NCBI GenBank assembly: GCA_041660485.1
Contig: JBAZWF010000001.1
Coordinates: 279,076 to 343,075 of the forward strand
DNA from: Candidatus Pacearchaeota archaeon
GTDB lineage: Archaea > Nanobdellota > Nanobdellia > Pacearchaeales > GW2011-AR1
DNA: 64,000 nucleotides
Reading direction: 5' to 3'
Below, in pieces: positions 36,701 to 46,118 of this stretch. Position numbers and translations under genes: made by a program. The notes under the pieces were generated by a model. That model did not search any database, was not told the origin of the DNA, and worked only from the letters and a program-made list of their open reading frames with translations. How positions within the stretch are numbered: the first letter of the stretch is position 1; every line of letters starts with the position of its first letter.

Positions 36701-37113
36701 AGCTTATAATTGATGCTAATATCTTATTTTCAGCTTTAATAAAAGAACAGGGAATAACCAGAAAACTAATTCTAAATGATAAATTAATATTAATAAGTCC
36801 AGATTTTATTATTGAAGAATTTCTAGAACATTTAGAAGAATTAGAAAACAAAACAGGCGTAAAAACAGAAATTTTAAAAGAAAAAATAAAAGAACTATTA
36901 AGATTATCAAATATTAAACTAATTTCAGAAAAAAATTATATTAACTCAATAAAACAAGCTGAAAAAATATCTCCAGATATTGGAGATATTCCTTATTTTG
37001 CTATAGCTTTAAAATTTAATATTCCAATTTGGAGCAACGATAAATTATTAAAATCCCAAGACAAGGTTAAAATTTATTCAACAGAAGAATTAATTAATGA
37101 ACTTAATTTATAA
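36697..37113 (+). CDS. PIN-domain protein (VapC-like toxin)
   Basis: LIIDANILFSAL N-terminal Asp motif, IPYFAIALKFNIPIWSNDKLL C-terminal acidic/SND motif typical of PIN. Confidence 0.6.
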   Translation: MKLIIDANILFSALIKEQGITRKLILNDKLILISPDFIIEEFLEHLEELENKTGVKTEILKEKIKELLRLSNIKLISEKNYINSIKQAEKISPDIGDIPYFAIALKFNIPIWSNDKLLKSQDKVKIYSTEELINELNL

Positions 37114-37122
37114 TTTATATAA

Positions 37123-37428
37123 CTATTTCTTAGGTTTATACCCAGTTCCAATAGCTAAACAATCATAAGCATCATAATCTATATGAAAATGTCTAGCATG
37201 AGTTAATTCATATTTAATTCCAAAAATATGTGTTATTCCTAATTTGATTATCTCTTTTTTAAGCAATTCATTTGCTGATAATATTGCCCCTTCTCTTTTT
37301 CTTCCTTCATTAAACTCTCTATATTCTTTAATTAAGATTCCATACATTTCTAAATCTGGAAATACCTCTAATCCTCCTGCTTCACTAAAACTTTGAGTAG
37401 TTATTTTTACTTCTAATTTCTTTACCAT
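37123..37428 (-). CDS. hypothetical protein
   Basis: 101-aa ORF; no motif. Confidence 0.35.
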   Translation of the reverse strand: MVKKLEVKITTQSFSEAGGLEVFPDLEMYGILIKEYREFNEGRKREGAILSANELLKKEIIKLGITHIFGIKYELTHARHFHIDYDAYDCLAIGTGYKPKK

Positions 37429-37491
37429 TTTAGAAACAAAAGATATGATTTTATAAGGATTATGTTAATGGGAAATATCTATTAATAAAAG

Positions 37492-38379
37492 TTATTCAGT
37501 CACAACTTCAACTTTCCCATCATGAATAATAATTGTATTTTCACTCTGGGCAACAACTGCTTTTGATTTTTCAATTAGCTGTCCAAAATGATGCAAAGCA
37601 CCTGTCTGTTCAATTAATCTTAATGATAAAAGCGCACGAGTTCCAAACTTTTTAACTAACCAGCGCGAACAAAAAGGAAGTGTTTGATAAGTTTCAATGA
37701 TATAAGCAAAAACCTCTCTTGCATTATTATCTCTTAAAGAAGCATTTCCAGTTAAACCATAAATTTCAGAAGGTTTTCCATCCTGAACCATTCCAACCCC
37801 GTTTGTCATAAACGGTTCAATTGCATAAATTCCATCATCTAATTTAATTTCACTTTTATTATCATAATTTGGAATTGTCAAACCTGCATGAAGAGAATAT
37901 TGTTCTATCTGATGCCCAGATAAATTTTTTATTGCAGAACAATCATGTTTTTCAGCTGTTTCCTGAATTGCTTTTCCAATATCTCCAAGTGTTTTCCCGC
38001 TTTTCGCAGCTTCAATTGCTTTTTCAAGAGCTTCTTCACTTGCTTTAATTAGCTTTTTATTTTCCTCACTTTTTTCTAAGTCAATAGAAAATGCAGTATC
38101 TGCGGTATAACCTTTTATTTGAACTCCAAAATCAACTTTTAACAGCCCATAAGCTTTTGTTTCATCATCATAACTAGGAGTATAATGCGCAGCAATTTCA
38201 TTAATACTTAAATTTGTAGGAAAAGCAGGCACTCCGCCAAGACTAATTATTTTATCTTCTATTTTTTCAGCAATATCCAACAAAAGCATATCTTTTTTAA
38301 CAATTTCGCGGGCATATTTTTTTACTTCTACAACTATCTTTCCCGCCTTCCTTATGCTTTCAAGTTCTGTTTTTTCCAT
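37492..38379 (-). CDS. map: methionine aminopeptidase, type 2 (archaeal)
   Basis: 295 aa pita-bread fold; AAHYTP, D..D......G(Y/F)..D, HQIEQYSLHAG, E.F.TNG metal-ligand blocks. Confidence 0.85.
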   Translation of the reverse strand: MEKTELESIRKAGKIVVEVKKYAREIVKKDMLLLDIAEKIEDKIISLGGVPAFPTNLSINEIAAHYTPSYDDETKAYGLLKVDFGVQIKGYTADTAFSIDLEKSEENKKLIKASEEALEKAIEAAKSGKTLGDIGKAIQETAEKHDCSAIKNLSGHQIEQYSLHAGLTIPNYDNKSEIKLDDGIYAIEPFMTNGVGMVQDGKPSEIYGLTGNASLRDNNAREVFAYIIETYQTLPFCSRWLVKKFGTRALLSLRLIEQTGALHHFGQLIEKSKAVVAQSENTIIIHDGKVEVVTE

Positions 38380-38462
38380 GATAAAGAAATGAAGGAGGGG
38401 TTTTTAAAAGATGCGATAGTGCCGTAGTAACCTAAAATTATTGCAAACTATTACTTTAAAAT

Positions 38463-39215
38463 TTAATCTCTTTTAGTCATTTCCCATAAAGCATAAAAAT
38501 ATTTTCTAAAACTCTCTGCAACTTCTTTACTTTCAATCATTATTGCCATTGGACTTTCTGGAACAATTAACATAATAATAACTTTATTACTATAAATTTC
38601 TATGCTAGTGGGCATTTCAAAATCTTTTGATAAAAATCTAAACTCTGTATGGGCAAGTTTCTTTCTTTGATGATATAAAGATTTATATTTTTCATTTAAA
38701 AGGTGTTTATGAATAATTCCTTTCTTAGCTCTTTCTTCTTGCTTTTTATTAAAATAATTCTCCCATTGTTCAGGCTGTTCTGTTAAACCCATACTTAACC
38801 ATTCTTCGCCTTTTTTTAATGAGTGAATAATATCTTCATTTGCTGTTTTTAATCCTTCAAATCCTATAAAAATCTTGGCTTCACTTTTTGCTACTCCTTT
38901 TTGTTTTAAAATTAATTCTGGGATAATTTTTTGAATTTCTAACTTTTCAAACTCAATTTGAGTTTGCTTCTCTTTCAAATAACTTATAATTTTTTCCGGA
39001 GAAGAAGCTTCAAAATATTTTATATTATTCTTTGTTATAAAACTAACAAGCCCCTTTTCTTTTAATCGTTCTAAAACTTCATATACTTTTGAACCCGATA
39101 CTTTAGATTTTTTAGTAATATTCCAAGTAGTAGAAGTTCCTAACTCCAATAAGGCTAAATAAACTTTAGTTTCTCCATCTGTTAAGCCAATTAACTTCAA
39201 TGTTTGTTCTATCAT
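38463..39215 (-). CDS. TrmB-family transcriptional regulator
   Basis: MIEQTLKLIGLTDGETKVYLALLELGTSTTWNITKKSKVSGSKVYEVLERLKEKGLV is a TrmB wHTH; start set at the MIEQ Met (39215), because the ORF-track N-terminal extension is hydrophobic junk. Confidence 0.7.
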   Translation of the reverse strand: MIEQTLKLIGLTDGETKVYLALLELGTSTTWNITKKSKVSGSKVYEVLERLKEKGLVSFITKNNIKYFEASSPEKIISYLKEKQTQIEFEKLEIQKIIPELILKQKGVAKSEAKIFIGFEGLKTANEDIIHSLKKGEEWLSMGLTEQPEQWENYFNKKQEERAKKGIIHKHLLNEKYKSLYHQRKKLAHTEFRFLSKDFEMPTSIEIYSNKVIIMLIVPESPMAIMIESKEVAESFRKYFYALWEMTKRD

Positions 39216-39308
39216 ATTCTTTTTAATAATTATAAGTTTAAAACTCTTTCTATTATTACGTATTAGGGGGGAGATAATAATTAAATAGTATAATAAAGCA
39301 GAACTTTT

Positions 39309-39749
39309 ATGACAGAAGAAATAAACAATACACTGAAAGAAAAATACTTCCTTAGAGGACAACCAGTGCTAACTTTATTTAATTATAGTTGGAATCTGGA
39401 AATAAAGGGGGACTTAAGTGCATTTATAATAATAAGTTATAACACTTTTTCAAATAATCCTTCTTTCTTTGATAATTTAGAAAATATAGATTCTGTACAT
39501 CTTGCAAAATTTCGGTCTGAATCTTGCGGGAGATATGGTAACGGAATTTATGGATGTGATGAAGATTTAATCTTATGTAAAAGCTCATTAGTAAATATTA
39601 AATATGATTCTGTTAATCCCGATTTTAATATTCCTATAGAAAAGTCCACATGTAAAATAACCCTTGCAAGTAGTTCTGCAAATATAGAGATGGCTAAAAA
39701 AAGATTAGAAGAAATTTGTGGGCAAAATTTAGAAAAATTACTTAAATAA
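39309..39749 (+). CDS. hypothetical Cys-containing protein
   Basis: 146 aa, 6 Cys; no motif. Confidence 0.4.
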   Translation: MTEEINNTLKEKYFLRGQPVLTLFNYSWNLEIKGDLSAFIIISYNTFSNNPSFFDNLENIDSVHLAKFRSESCGRYGNGIYGCDEDLILCKSSLVNIKYDSVNPDFNIPIEKSTCKITLASSSANIEMAKKRLEEICGQNLEKLLK

Positions 39750-39787
39750 ACATTTACAAGTATAATTTCTTTCTAAGATAAGATTTA

Positions 39788-40006
39788 CTATTTGTAAATA
39801 TCTTGTTCTTTTGGACAATGCTCTAAACATTCTTTATAATCTCTTGCGTAAAAACATTTTGTATAATAAATTTCACACAAGTCTTCTCTTCTATCAACAT
39901 TCAAGTCTTTTCTTTGTCGCATCATTCTTACTTTTTCTTGATGCTCTTCTTTTCTTATTCTTTTTGGTTCTTCAATTAAATAATGATGAAGTATTAAAAA
40001 GCTCAT
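39788..40006 (-). CDS. hypothetical small basic protein with C-terminal 4-Cys cluster
   Basis: 72 aa; CEIYYTKC....CLEHC. Confidence 0.4.
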   Translation of the reverse strand: MSFLILHHYLIEEPKRIRKEEHQEKVRMMRQRKDLNVDRREDLCEIYYTKCFYARDYKECLEHCPKEQDIYK

Positions 40007-40008
40007 TT

Positions 40009-40317
40009 TTATTTTCCTTTTAATTCAAATCCTTCAAGAATTCTTCTTAATGCACCTAGTGCAGTCTCAACTCTAGAATTATAACTATCAACAGAAAGTT
40101 CAAGTCCTAAGCTAATAACTGTTTCTCTTTGTCTTAAATAATCACCAATATGATCTATCAAATTATTTGGAGAAGAACGAGGTTTAACTTCTCTATAGTT
40201 TGTTAAATAATCCTGCAAAGAATTAACATCATCAAATATTTGTCTAACTGTATCATCTAATTCACCTAAGACTTTGCATTCTCCAATTTCAGTCAATCTT
40301 TCTATATCTTTAACCAT
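40009..40317 (-). CDS. hypothetical helical protein
   Basis: 102 aa; 2-nt gap to the downstream ORF. Confidence 0.4.
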   Translation of the reverse strand: MVKDIERLTEIGECKVLGELDDTVRQIFDDVNSLQDYLTNYREVKPRSSPNNLIDHIGDYLRQRETVISLGLELSVDSYNSRVETALGALRRILEGFELKGK

Positions 40318-40430
40318 TTTAACCTTACCTATTTTTTCGCTAATAATATGAGCTTTTTAAACATTACTAAGCTATTACATTGTTAAATTAAAGGTTGGTA
40401 ATTAAAATATCTAATTAATTCATAAAAGTA

Positions 40431-41240
40431 TTATGGTGCAATTAAAATCTTTGGTTCTGATTTAGTTTCTCCCCAAGAAATTAAATATTTAACATCTTCT
40501 CTAGAGATATTTAATGGAACAATCTCTTTTTCTAGAGTTAATCTTACAGCTCTTGCACCATAATCCCCCATAAAGATATTTTCTATACAAGATTCTGGTG
40601 CCTTTCTCTCCTTAAATCTTTTTTTACTTTCATCATCCCAAACTATTTCCACAAAATTAGCTAATTCTCCATATTGTGGTCCATAAGGATGTTTCCATCG
40701 TGGAGGACCATTTCTTAATCCAATAATACTATTTATTGCCCAGCCAGCATTCCAAGTAACATAAAGTTCTCTTTCTCTTTCATCAGAGATTTCATCGTAA
40801 GGAAGTCCGCCAACACTTCTTATTCTAGAACCAATATCATCTAATTTACTTTCATTTTTTTCTTTTCTATCTATACATTTAATATCCTCATATAAAGAGA
40901 CTAAATCATTTTCAGGAATATCCCAAGAACAAACTTTATCATAAAAATTAGGAGAGAAAATAATTAACCCTTGGCTTTTGCTGTCTCCTTCTTTCCAACT
41001 AAGTCCGTAACCATGAAGTTTCCAAGGCCATACAGAAAAAGCAAACTCTCCACCAGGAAAACGAACTTGTGTACCTGTACCTTTAGTTCTAGTCGCTTTA
41101 TACTTAATACTTTCTCCTCTTTCAAGAGATTCATAAATACTTAAATCATGTCTGTCATTAGATTCCCAAGGGCAAATGTAGTGGGCTAAAAATTTTGGCC
41201 CCTCACATTCTTTAACTATTTCTTCAACATTTGTTTCCAT
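40431..41240 (-). CDS. hypothetical Trp-rich protein
   Basis: 269 aa; 12 Trp; no motif. Confidence 0.45.
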   Translation of the reverse strand: METNVEEIVKECEGPKFLAHYICPWESNDRHDLSIYESLERGESIKYKATRTKGTGTQVRFPGGEFAFSVWPWKLHGYGLSWKEGDSKSQGLIIFSPNFYDKVCSWDIPENDLVSLYEDIKCIDRKEKNESKLDDIGSRIRSVGGLPYDEISDERERELYVTWNAGWAINSIIGLRNGPPRWKHPYGPQYGELANFVEIVWDDESKKRFKERKAPESCIENIFMGDYGARAVRLTLEKEIVPLNISREDVKYLISWGETKSEPKILIAP

Positions 41241-41351
41241 AATACTTATGAAATTTATTTACTTTTAAACCTTACTATTTGTTATTACTATATAGTTAAT
41301 ATAATTTAATTTTTAACTCCTGCTCATAACCTCACTCATTATCATTACTTA

Positions 41352-41834
41352 TTAGCCTCGTGAAGTTATTCGCCTCTCTTTCGGCACATAATTCTGAAGA
41401 AATGTTTTTCTGTTGCTTGCAACACCGAAAAAGTCTTCTTTATTTCTTATAAGAACAAACTGCGCCTTTAAATCACTCGAGATTTCAAGGCTCTTGCCAT
41501 TTAACCATTCAACTATCTGCTCATCATCAATCTCAACTATATTCTTTGTCATTTGCTCTTTTATTATTGGCAGATTTTCAACATCAAAATTAATTCTAAT
41601 ACTTTCATCAATAACCGAGCATAATCTTATTCCAATTAATTCAACATGCACAATCTTCCCAAAATTATTAAGCTCATCCCAGGATAAATTTCCTGAAAAA
41701 CATCTTATTTTTTCTTTACCTGTTTTTATCAAAAGATACGGCAGTTTAGTTATGCCATAATTTTCATCAAGCAAATCAATAATTTTCTGCTTTTTTGTTC
41801 TATCAAATAATTCAACTTTCATTATAAAAGACAC
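41352..41834 (-). CDS. hypothetical protein
   Basis: 160 aa; no secure motif. Confidence 0.4.
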   Translation of the reverse strand: MSFIMKVELFDRTKKQKIIDLLDENYGITKLPYLLIKTGKEKIRCFSGNLSWDELNNFGKIVHVELIGIRLCSVIDESIRINFDVENLPIIKEQMTKNIVEIDDEQIVEWLNGKSLEISSDLKAQFVLIRNKEDFFGVASNRKTFLQNYVPKERRITSRG

Positions 41835-41877
41835 CTCCGGTTTCTTTTATGAAACTTCCCTATTGTATAAAATCTAT

Positions 41878-42861
41878 TCATTGTATTTCTCCTATTTTTT
41901 TGATGCGAGCAACAAAAAAACCTTCTGTATCATTGTCATGAGGATAAATTCTAATGCATTTTTTTACTTGGCTATTATACTTTTTTCCTTTCCATTCAAC
42001 AATTCCCTCTCGTGTTTTCAGCGGAAGATTAATCTCTTCAATTTCAAGTGGAAAATTATCAAGCAAATATGAAACAACTTCTTCATTTTCTTCAGGTGCA
42101 TGAGTACAAGTTGAATAAACTAACTCTCCTCCAACTTTAAGACATTTTACAGCACTTACTGCAAGACTTTTTTGAGTATTTGAAAGTCGCTTAATTAAAC
42201 TCTCACTAAAAGTGCATACTGTTTTTGGCGAACTTCTAATTGTTCCTTCACACGAACACGGAGCATCAACTAAAATTTTATCAAATAAAAATTTATTTTT
42301 TGCAAGCTTACTGCATAAATTAGAACCTTCATTTTCAGTCACAATAACATTTGTAGCACAACATCTCTGAATATTTGTTGATAAAATCATTATTCTTCCT
42401 ATGCTAACATCATTTGCAATTAATGTTCCTTTATTTTCCATCATTGCAGCCATTTGTGTTGTCTTGCTTCCGGGCGATGAACATAAATCCAATACAATTT
42501 CATCTGCTTTTGGATTTAAAACAAAAGGAGGCAACATACTTGAAATTTCCTGAACATAATAATATCCCAAAACATGTTCAATAGCTTTTCCAATTTCTCC
42601 AGGTGCAAGCTCGCTCTCAATCAACATAATTTCCGGATATTCTTTATACGGCTGAACAATTTTCCATTTCTTCTCAAGTCTTTTCTTCAGCTCATCAGGA
42701 GAAATTTTAATAGTATTACATCTAATTGAATTCGGAGCATATTCCTGCGAAACTTTCATATATTCTTCAAAATCTTTCTCACCTTGCAAAAGCTCTTTCA
42801 TTCTTTCAACAAACTCAGGCTTAGGAGTGTATTTTGGCCGTGTTTTTTCCATGATTATCAA
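41878..42861 (-). CDS. NOL1/NOP2/Sun-family RNA cytosine-C5 methyltransferase
   Basis: VLDLCSSPGSKTTQMAAMM (SAM motif I), ILVDAPCSCEGTIR (motif IV with catalytic Cys), LVYSTCTHAPEENE (motif VI TC). Confidence 0.8.
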   Translation of the reverse strand: MIIMEKTRPKYTPKPEFVERMKELLQGEKDFEEYMKVSQEYAPNSIRCNTIKISPDELKKRLEKKWKIVQPYKEYPEIMLIESELAPGEIGKAIEHVLGYYYVQEISSMLPPFVLNPKADEIVLDLCSSPGSKTTQMAAMMENKGTLIANDVSIGRIMILSTNIQRCCATNVIVTENEGSNLCSKLAKNKFLFDKILVDAPCSCEGTIRSSPKTVCTFSESLIKRLSNTQKSLAVSAVKCLKVGGELVYSTCTHAPEENEEVVSYLLDNFPLEIEEINLPLKTREGIVEWKGKKYNSQVKKCIRIYPHDNDTEGFFVARIKKIGEIQ

Positions 42862-43202
42862 ACTATAAACTAGTTTTTAAAACTTCAGGAGTCAAAGACT
42901 AGTGGTTCTTGAGACAATTGGTGAGTATATTTTATCTGGAAATGTTGCATCTAAAATTATTATAGTCATTAATTAAACTAATTAATCTTAACTATAACCT
43001 ATGTCAAATTAGGTAAAGATATGGTATGTTTACTTAAGAGACTATTTCGCTTCGGGAAATAAATCATATTATTTAGAAATCTTGAAATCACCTATTTTAG
43101 TTTTAATTACATTAGTTAAATTGGCAAAACATTATATATTTATTAAATGATAAGCGAGCGCGGAGCGCGAGCGAGATTATTTACTTAAACTCTTTAATCA
43201 AC

Positions 43203-43886
43203 TTAAACCTTAACTTCATCGCCTTCTTTAGGCTCTTCAGAATTTTCTTCAGGGTTTTTCTCTCCCCACTTATTCCATTTTTCTTTTAGAGATTTAAGAT
43301 ATCCTGTTGTAACATGATATAAATTTGCTTTTTTTATTTCAAATTCTTCGGGAGAAGATTCCCCAGTATCCTCATTTACTTCAACAAGTTTATCAGGTTG
43401 TTTTTTCAATTGAACTTTAAGATACTGCTCTAATTTAGTTATTAATTTATTATAATCTTCAGGGAGCTTACCTTGTTCAGCCATTTCAATCATAATTTCC
43501 TGTTCTGCAATATTTTCAGCAAGTTGTTTTTGGCTAATCTTCTTAAGTCTCCTTGCATGCTGTATATGCCAATGGAAATTATCAACAAGTTCAGGATATT
43601 CTCCTTTCTTAACATGCTCTTTAACAAATCTCTCAAGTTCTTTATCTTCTTCTGTTCTTTCCTTCTTAATTGGCTTCAAATCCGGCCTATTTGAACTAAG
43701 CCTTTCATGAACTCCATAAAACCTGCGTGCTTTTTGAAGCTCTTCAGGAGTTGCCTTATGAATAATTGGAAAATGATTTCTCTCAGCGCAATCTTTACAC
43801 ACTTTTATCACTTCTTCACTACCTATAGCATCTATTAGTTCTTTAGGTTCATTACAAATATAACATTTTTCAAATGCTTCATCCAT
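43203..43886 (-). CDS. Zn-ribbon plus HTH_XRE transcription factor (aMBF1-like)
   Basis: N-terminal CYICN...CKDC zinc ribbon; RRLKKISQKQLAENIAEQEIMIEMAEQGKL XRE-type HTH; acidic tail. Confidence 0.5.
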   Translation of the reverse strand: MDEAFEKCYICNEPKELIDAIGSEEVIKVCKDCAERNHFPIIHKATPEELQKARRFYGVHERLSSNRPDLKPIKKERTEEDKELERFVKEHVKKGEYPELVDNFHWHIQHARRLKKISQKQLAENIAEQEIMIEMAEQGKLPEDYNKLITKLEQYLKVQLKKQPDKLVEVNEDTGESSPEEFEIKKANLYHVTTGYLKSLKEKWNKWGEKNPEENSEEPKEGDEVKV

Positions 43887-44049
43887 TAGAAATTTACAAA
43901 ACTCCTATTTTTATTCTTTTGTATTGTAGAATTATTAATTTAAAGTAGCAAAGCATTACTAATTAGGGACTAAATATTATAGCTAAAAATTAAATTATCT
44001 AAGAAATAAATTCGCTTAAACTTATAAATTAAACTTTATTCATTATCTA

Positions 44050-45411
44050 ATGAACAAAAAAAAGGTATTAATAATTTTATTTATTGCAATTATTATTTTA
44101 TTTTTTATAATTAGTATATTTCCAATCAGGATTTATCATTGGTGGGATGAAACAGTATATTTACAAAATGCAGAAGTTCTTTTTTCAGGAAGAACCAACT
44201 ATGATGAATTTTCATTCCGCCCTCCATTGCTATCAATCTTATTTGCAGGCATTTTTTTCATATGGCATTCGCCAATTGCAGCAAGTATTCTAACAACTAC
44301 CCTTTGCATTTTAGCACCTATATTCATATTTTTAATAGGAAAAAAATTATATAATTTTAAAACTGGAATAATTGCTGGTTTAATTGTTTGTTTTGCTCCG
44401 TTTATAGTATTTAATTCAAATTTTCTTTTGACAGATATCCCAGCTATGAGTTTTATAGCTATTTCATTTTATTTTGCGTTACTACATGAAAAAAAGATGT
44501 TCCCTTTATTGTCAGGAATTTTTCTCTCACTAGCAACGTTAATGAAATTCACTTCAATTTTATTAGGTCTAGTAATACTTGCATATTTTATAATAAATAA
44601 AGTTAATATCAAAAAGATTTTATTATTCATACTAGGGGCAGGATTAGTTATTTTACCTTATTTTATATGGGCTCAATTAAGTTTTGGCAATTTCCTTAGC
44701 CCAATTATACAAGGAAGTTTAATGGTTTCTGATAAAAACGAAGGGAATATGTTTTATCTGCAAAATATAAGTAATGCATTTACAATACTTCCAATAATAG
44801 GTATACTAATTTTAATTTTATTTAGAATTTTCACAATAAATCAGAAAAAATATAAAAATTGGAAAATAGATTTAATATTAATTTTTTGGATAGTCATATT
44901 TTTAATTTATTTAACAATAACTCCCCATAAAGAATTAAGATACCTATTTCCAATAACTATCCCTTTAATAATTTTAGGAGCTAATGGTTTATCTTCTTTA
45001 TTAGATAAATTGAAATCTAAGTATCAAATTATAATATCTTTAATATTAATCCTATTTTTATTATATTCTTTTGTTAGTGCAATACCTAAAGATTATTATA
45101 AACTAACAAATACCGCAAAACCAAATGAAGTTAAAGCATCTGAGTTTATCACTAAAAATTATAATCTCACAATTTACTCCCCCCATAATTGGCCAGTATT
45201 TGCTTATTATACAAACTTAAAAACAATCCAATTATGGCCATATGACAGCTCATTTTATTATAACTATAATAAAATTCTAGAACCAGAATCAATACTAATT
45301 GTAACAGAAGGAATAAATAAACATCCTACAGTTGAATGGCTTAATAACAGTCAGAACTTTAAATTCTTAGAAAAATTTGGAGAAGTTTATATTTACAAAT
45401 ATACTGCATAA
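44050..45411 (+). CDS. GT-C fold membrane glycosyltransferase (ArnT/PMT-like, GT39/GT83-type)
   Basis: About 11 TM helices; first-loop HWWDETVY acidic motif; no WWDYG motif, so not AglB. Confidence 0.5.
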   Translation: MNKKKVLIILFIAIIILFFIISIFPIRIYHWWDETVYLQNAEVLFSGRTNYDEFSFRPPLLSILFAGIFFIWHSPIAASILTTTLCILAPIFIFLIGKKLYNFKTGIIAGLIVCFAPFIVFNSNFLLTDIPAMSFIAISFYFALLHEKKMFPLLSGIFLSLATLMKFTSILLGLVILAYFIINKVNIKKILLFILGAGLVILPYFIWAQLSFGNFLSPIIQGSLMVSDKNEGNMFYLQNISNAFTILPIIGILILILFRIFTINQKKYKNWKIDLILIFWIVIFLIYLTITPHKELRYLFPITIPLIILGANGLSSLLDKLKSKYQIIISLILILFLLYSFVSAIPKDYYKLTNTAKPNEVKASEFITKNYNLTIYSPHNWPVFAYYTNLKTIQLWPYDSSFYYNYNKILEPESILIVTEGINKHPTVEWLNNSQNFKFLEKFGEVYIYKYTA

Positions 45412-45413
45412 GA

Positions 45414-46076
45414 TTACTTTAAATAAATCTGAATATCCTTAATATTTTTGATATTAGTTAATTTAGTTTTCTCATTTATAATAATAGTATTTGGTATAGT
45501 TACATTATATTTAGTTTTCATTAAATTAACAATAGGAGTATCTAACCAATAATCAAAAGAATATACCATTAGATCATTATTATTACTTTTTAGAGCACTA
45601 ATAATTGTCCCATATAGCTCTCCATCTGTTGCCTCATTTTCATTATTAGAATAAAAGAATAATAGGGTATTAATGTTCTTATTGCATTTTGTATTTATGT
45701 CTTTAATATATAAAAAATGCTGAGCTTCTAAAATAGAATAAATTTCTTTTTTTTCAATTACCTTAGAATCCTGTTTGCCAAATGATTTTTCAAGAATACT
45801 TATCTTCAAACCCATATCATCCATTTCACTAGCAAATCTATAAGGGTTTAAAAGCTCGCAAGAATCTCCTAATAATTGATTTTCAACTTGAAAACTTAGT
45901 AAATCATATTTCATATTGTCTTGATCAAGTTTAAGATCTTTATACTGGGAATAAGACACAGTATAGCTTATTAAGAAACCCATTACAAACATCAATGAAG
46001 CTAAAATTATTGAAAAGACAATGGATTCATAATTAAAATGTTTATTCTCAATTGGTTTAATTTCTTGTAATGCCAT
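45414..46076 (-). CDS. membrane-anchored hypothetical protein
   Basis: 220 aa with one N-terminal TM helix. Confidence 0.4.
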   Translation of the reverse strand: MALQEIKPIENKHFNYESIVFSIILASLMFVMGFLISYTVSYSQYKDLKLDQDNMKYDLLSFQVENQLLGDSCELLNPYRFASEMDDMGLKISILEKSFGKQDSKVIEKKEIYSILEAQHFLYIKDINTKCNKNINTLLFFYSNNENEATDGELYGTIISALKSNNNDLMVYSFDYWLDTPIVNLMKTKYNVTIPNTIIINEKTKLTNIKNIKDIQIYLK

Positions 46077-46118
46077 TTTATCAGTGTTACAGAGACTCAG
46101 GGTTTTTTAAACTTTTAT

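Noticed and set aside
38463-39362. Long N-terminal extension of the TrmB-like ORF (start at 39362)
   Set aside because: The first 49 residues, MSSKEVFFFQCIVYFFCHK..., are hydrophobic low-complexity translation of AT-rich DNA. A conserved wHTH begins right at the internal Met (39215). The extension would also overlap the convergent ORF 39309..39749.
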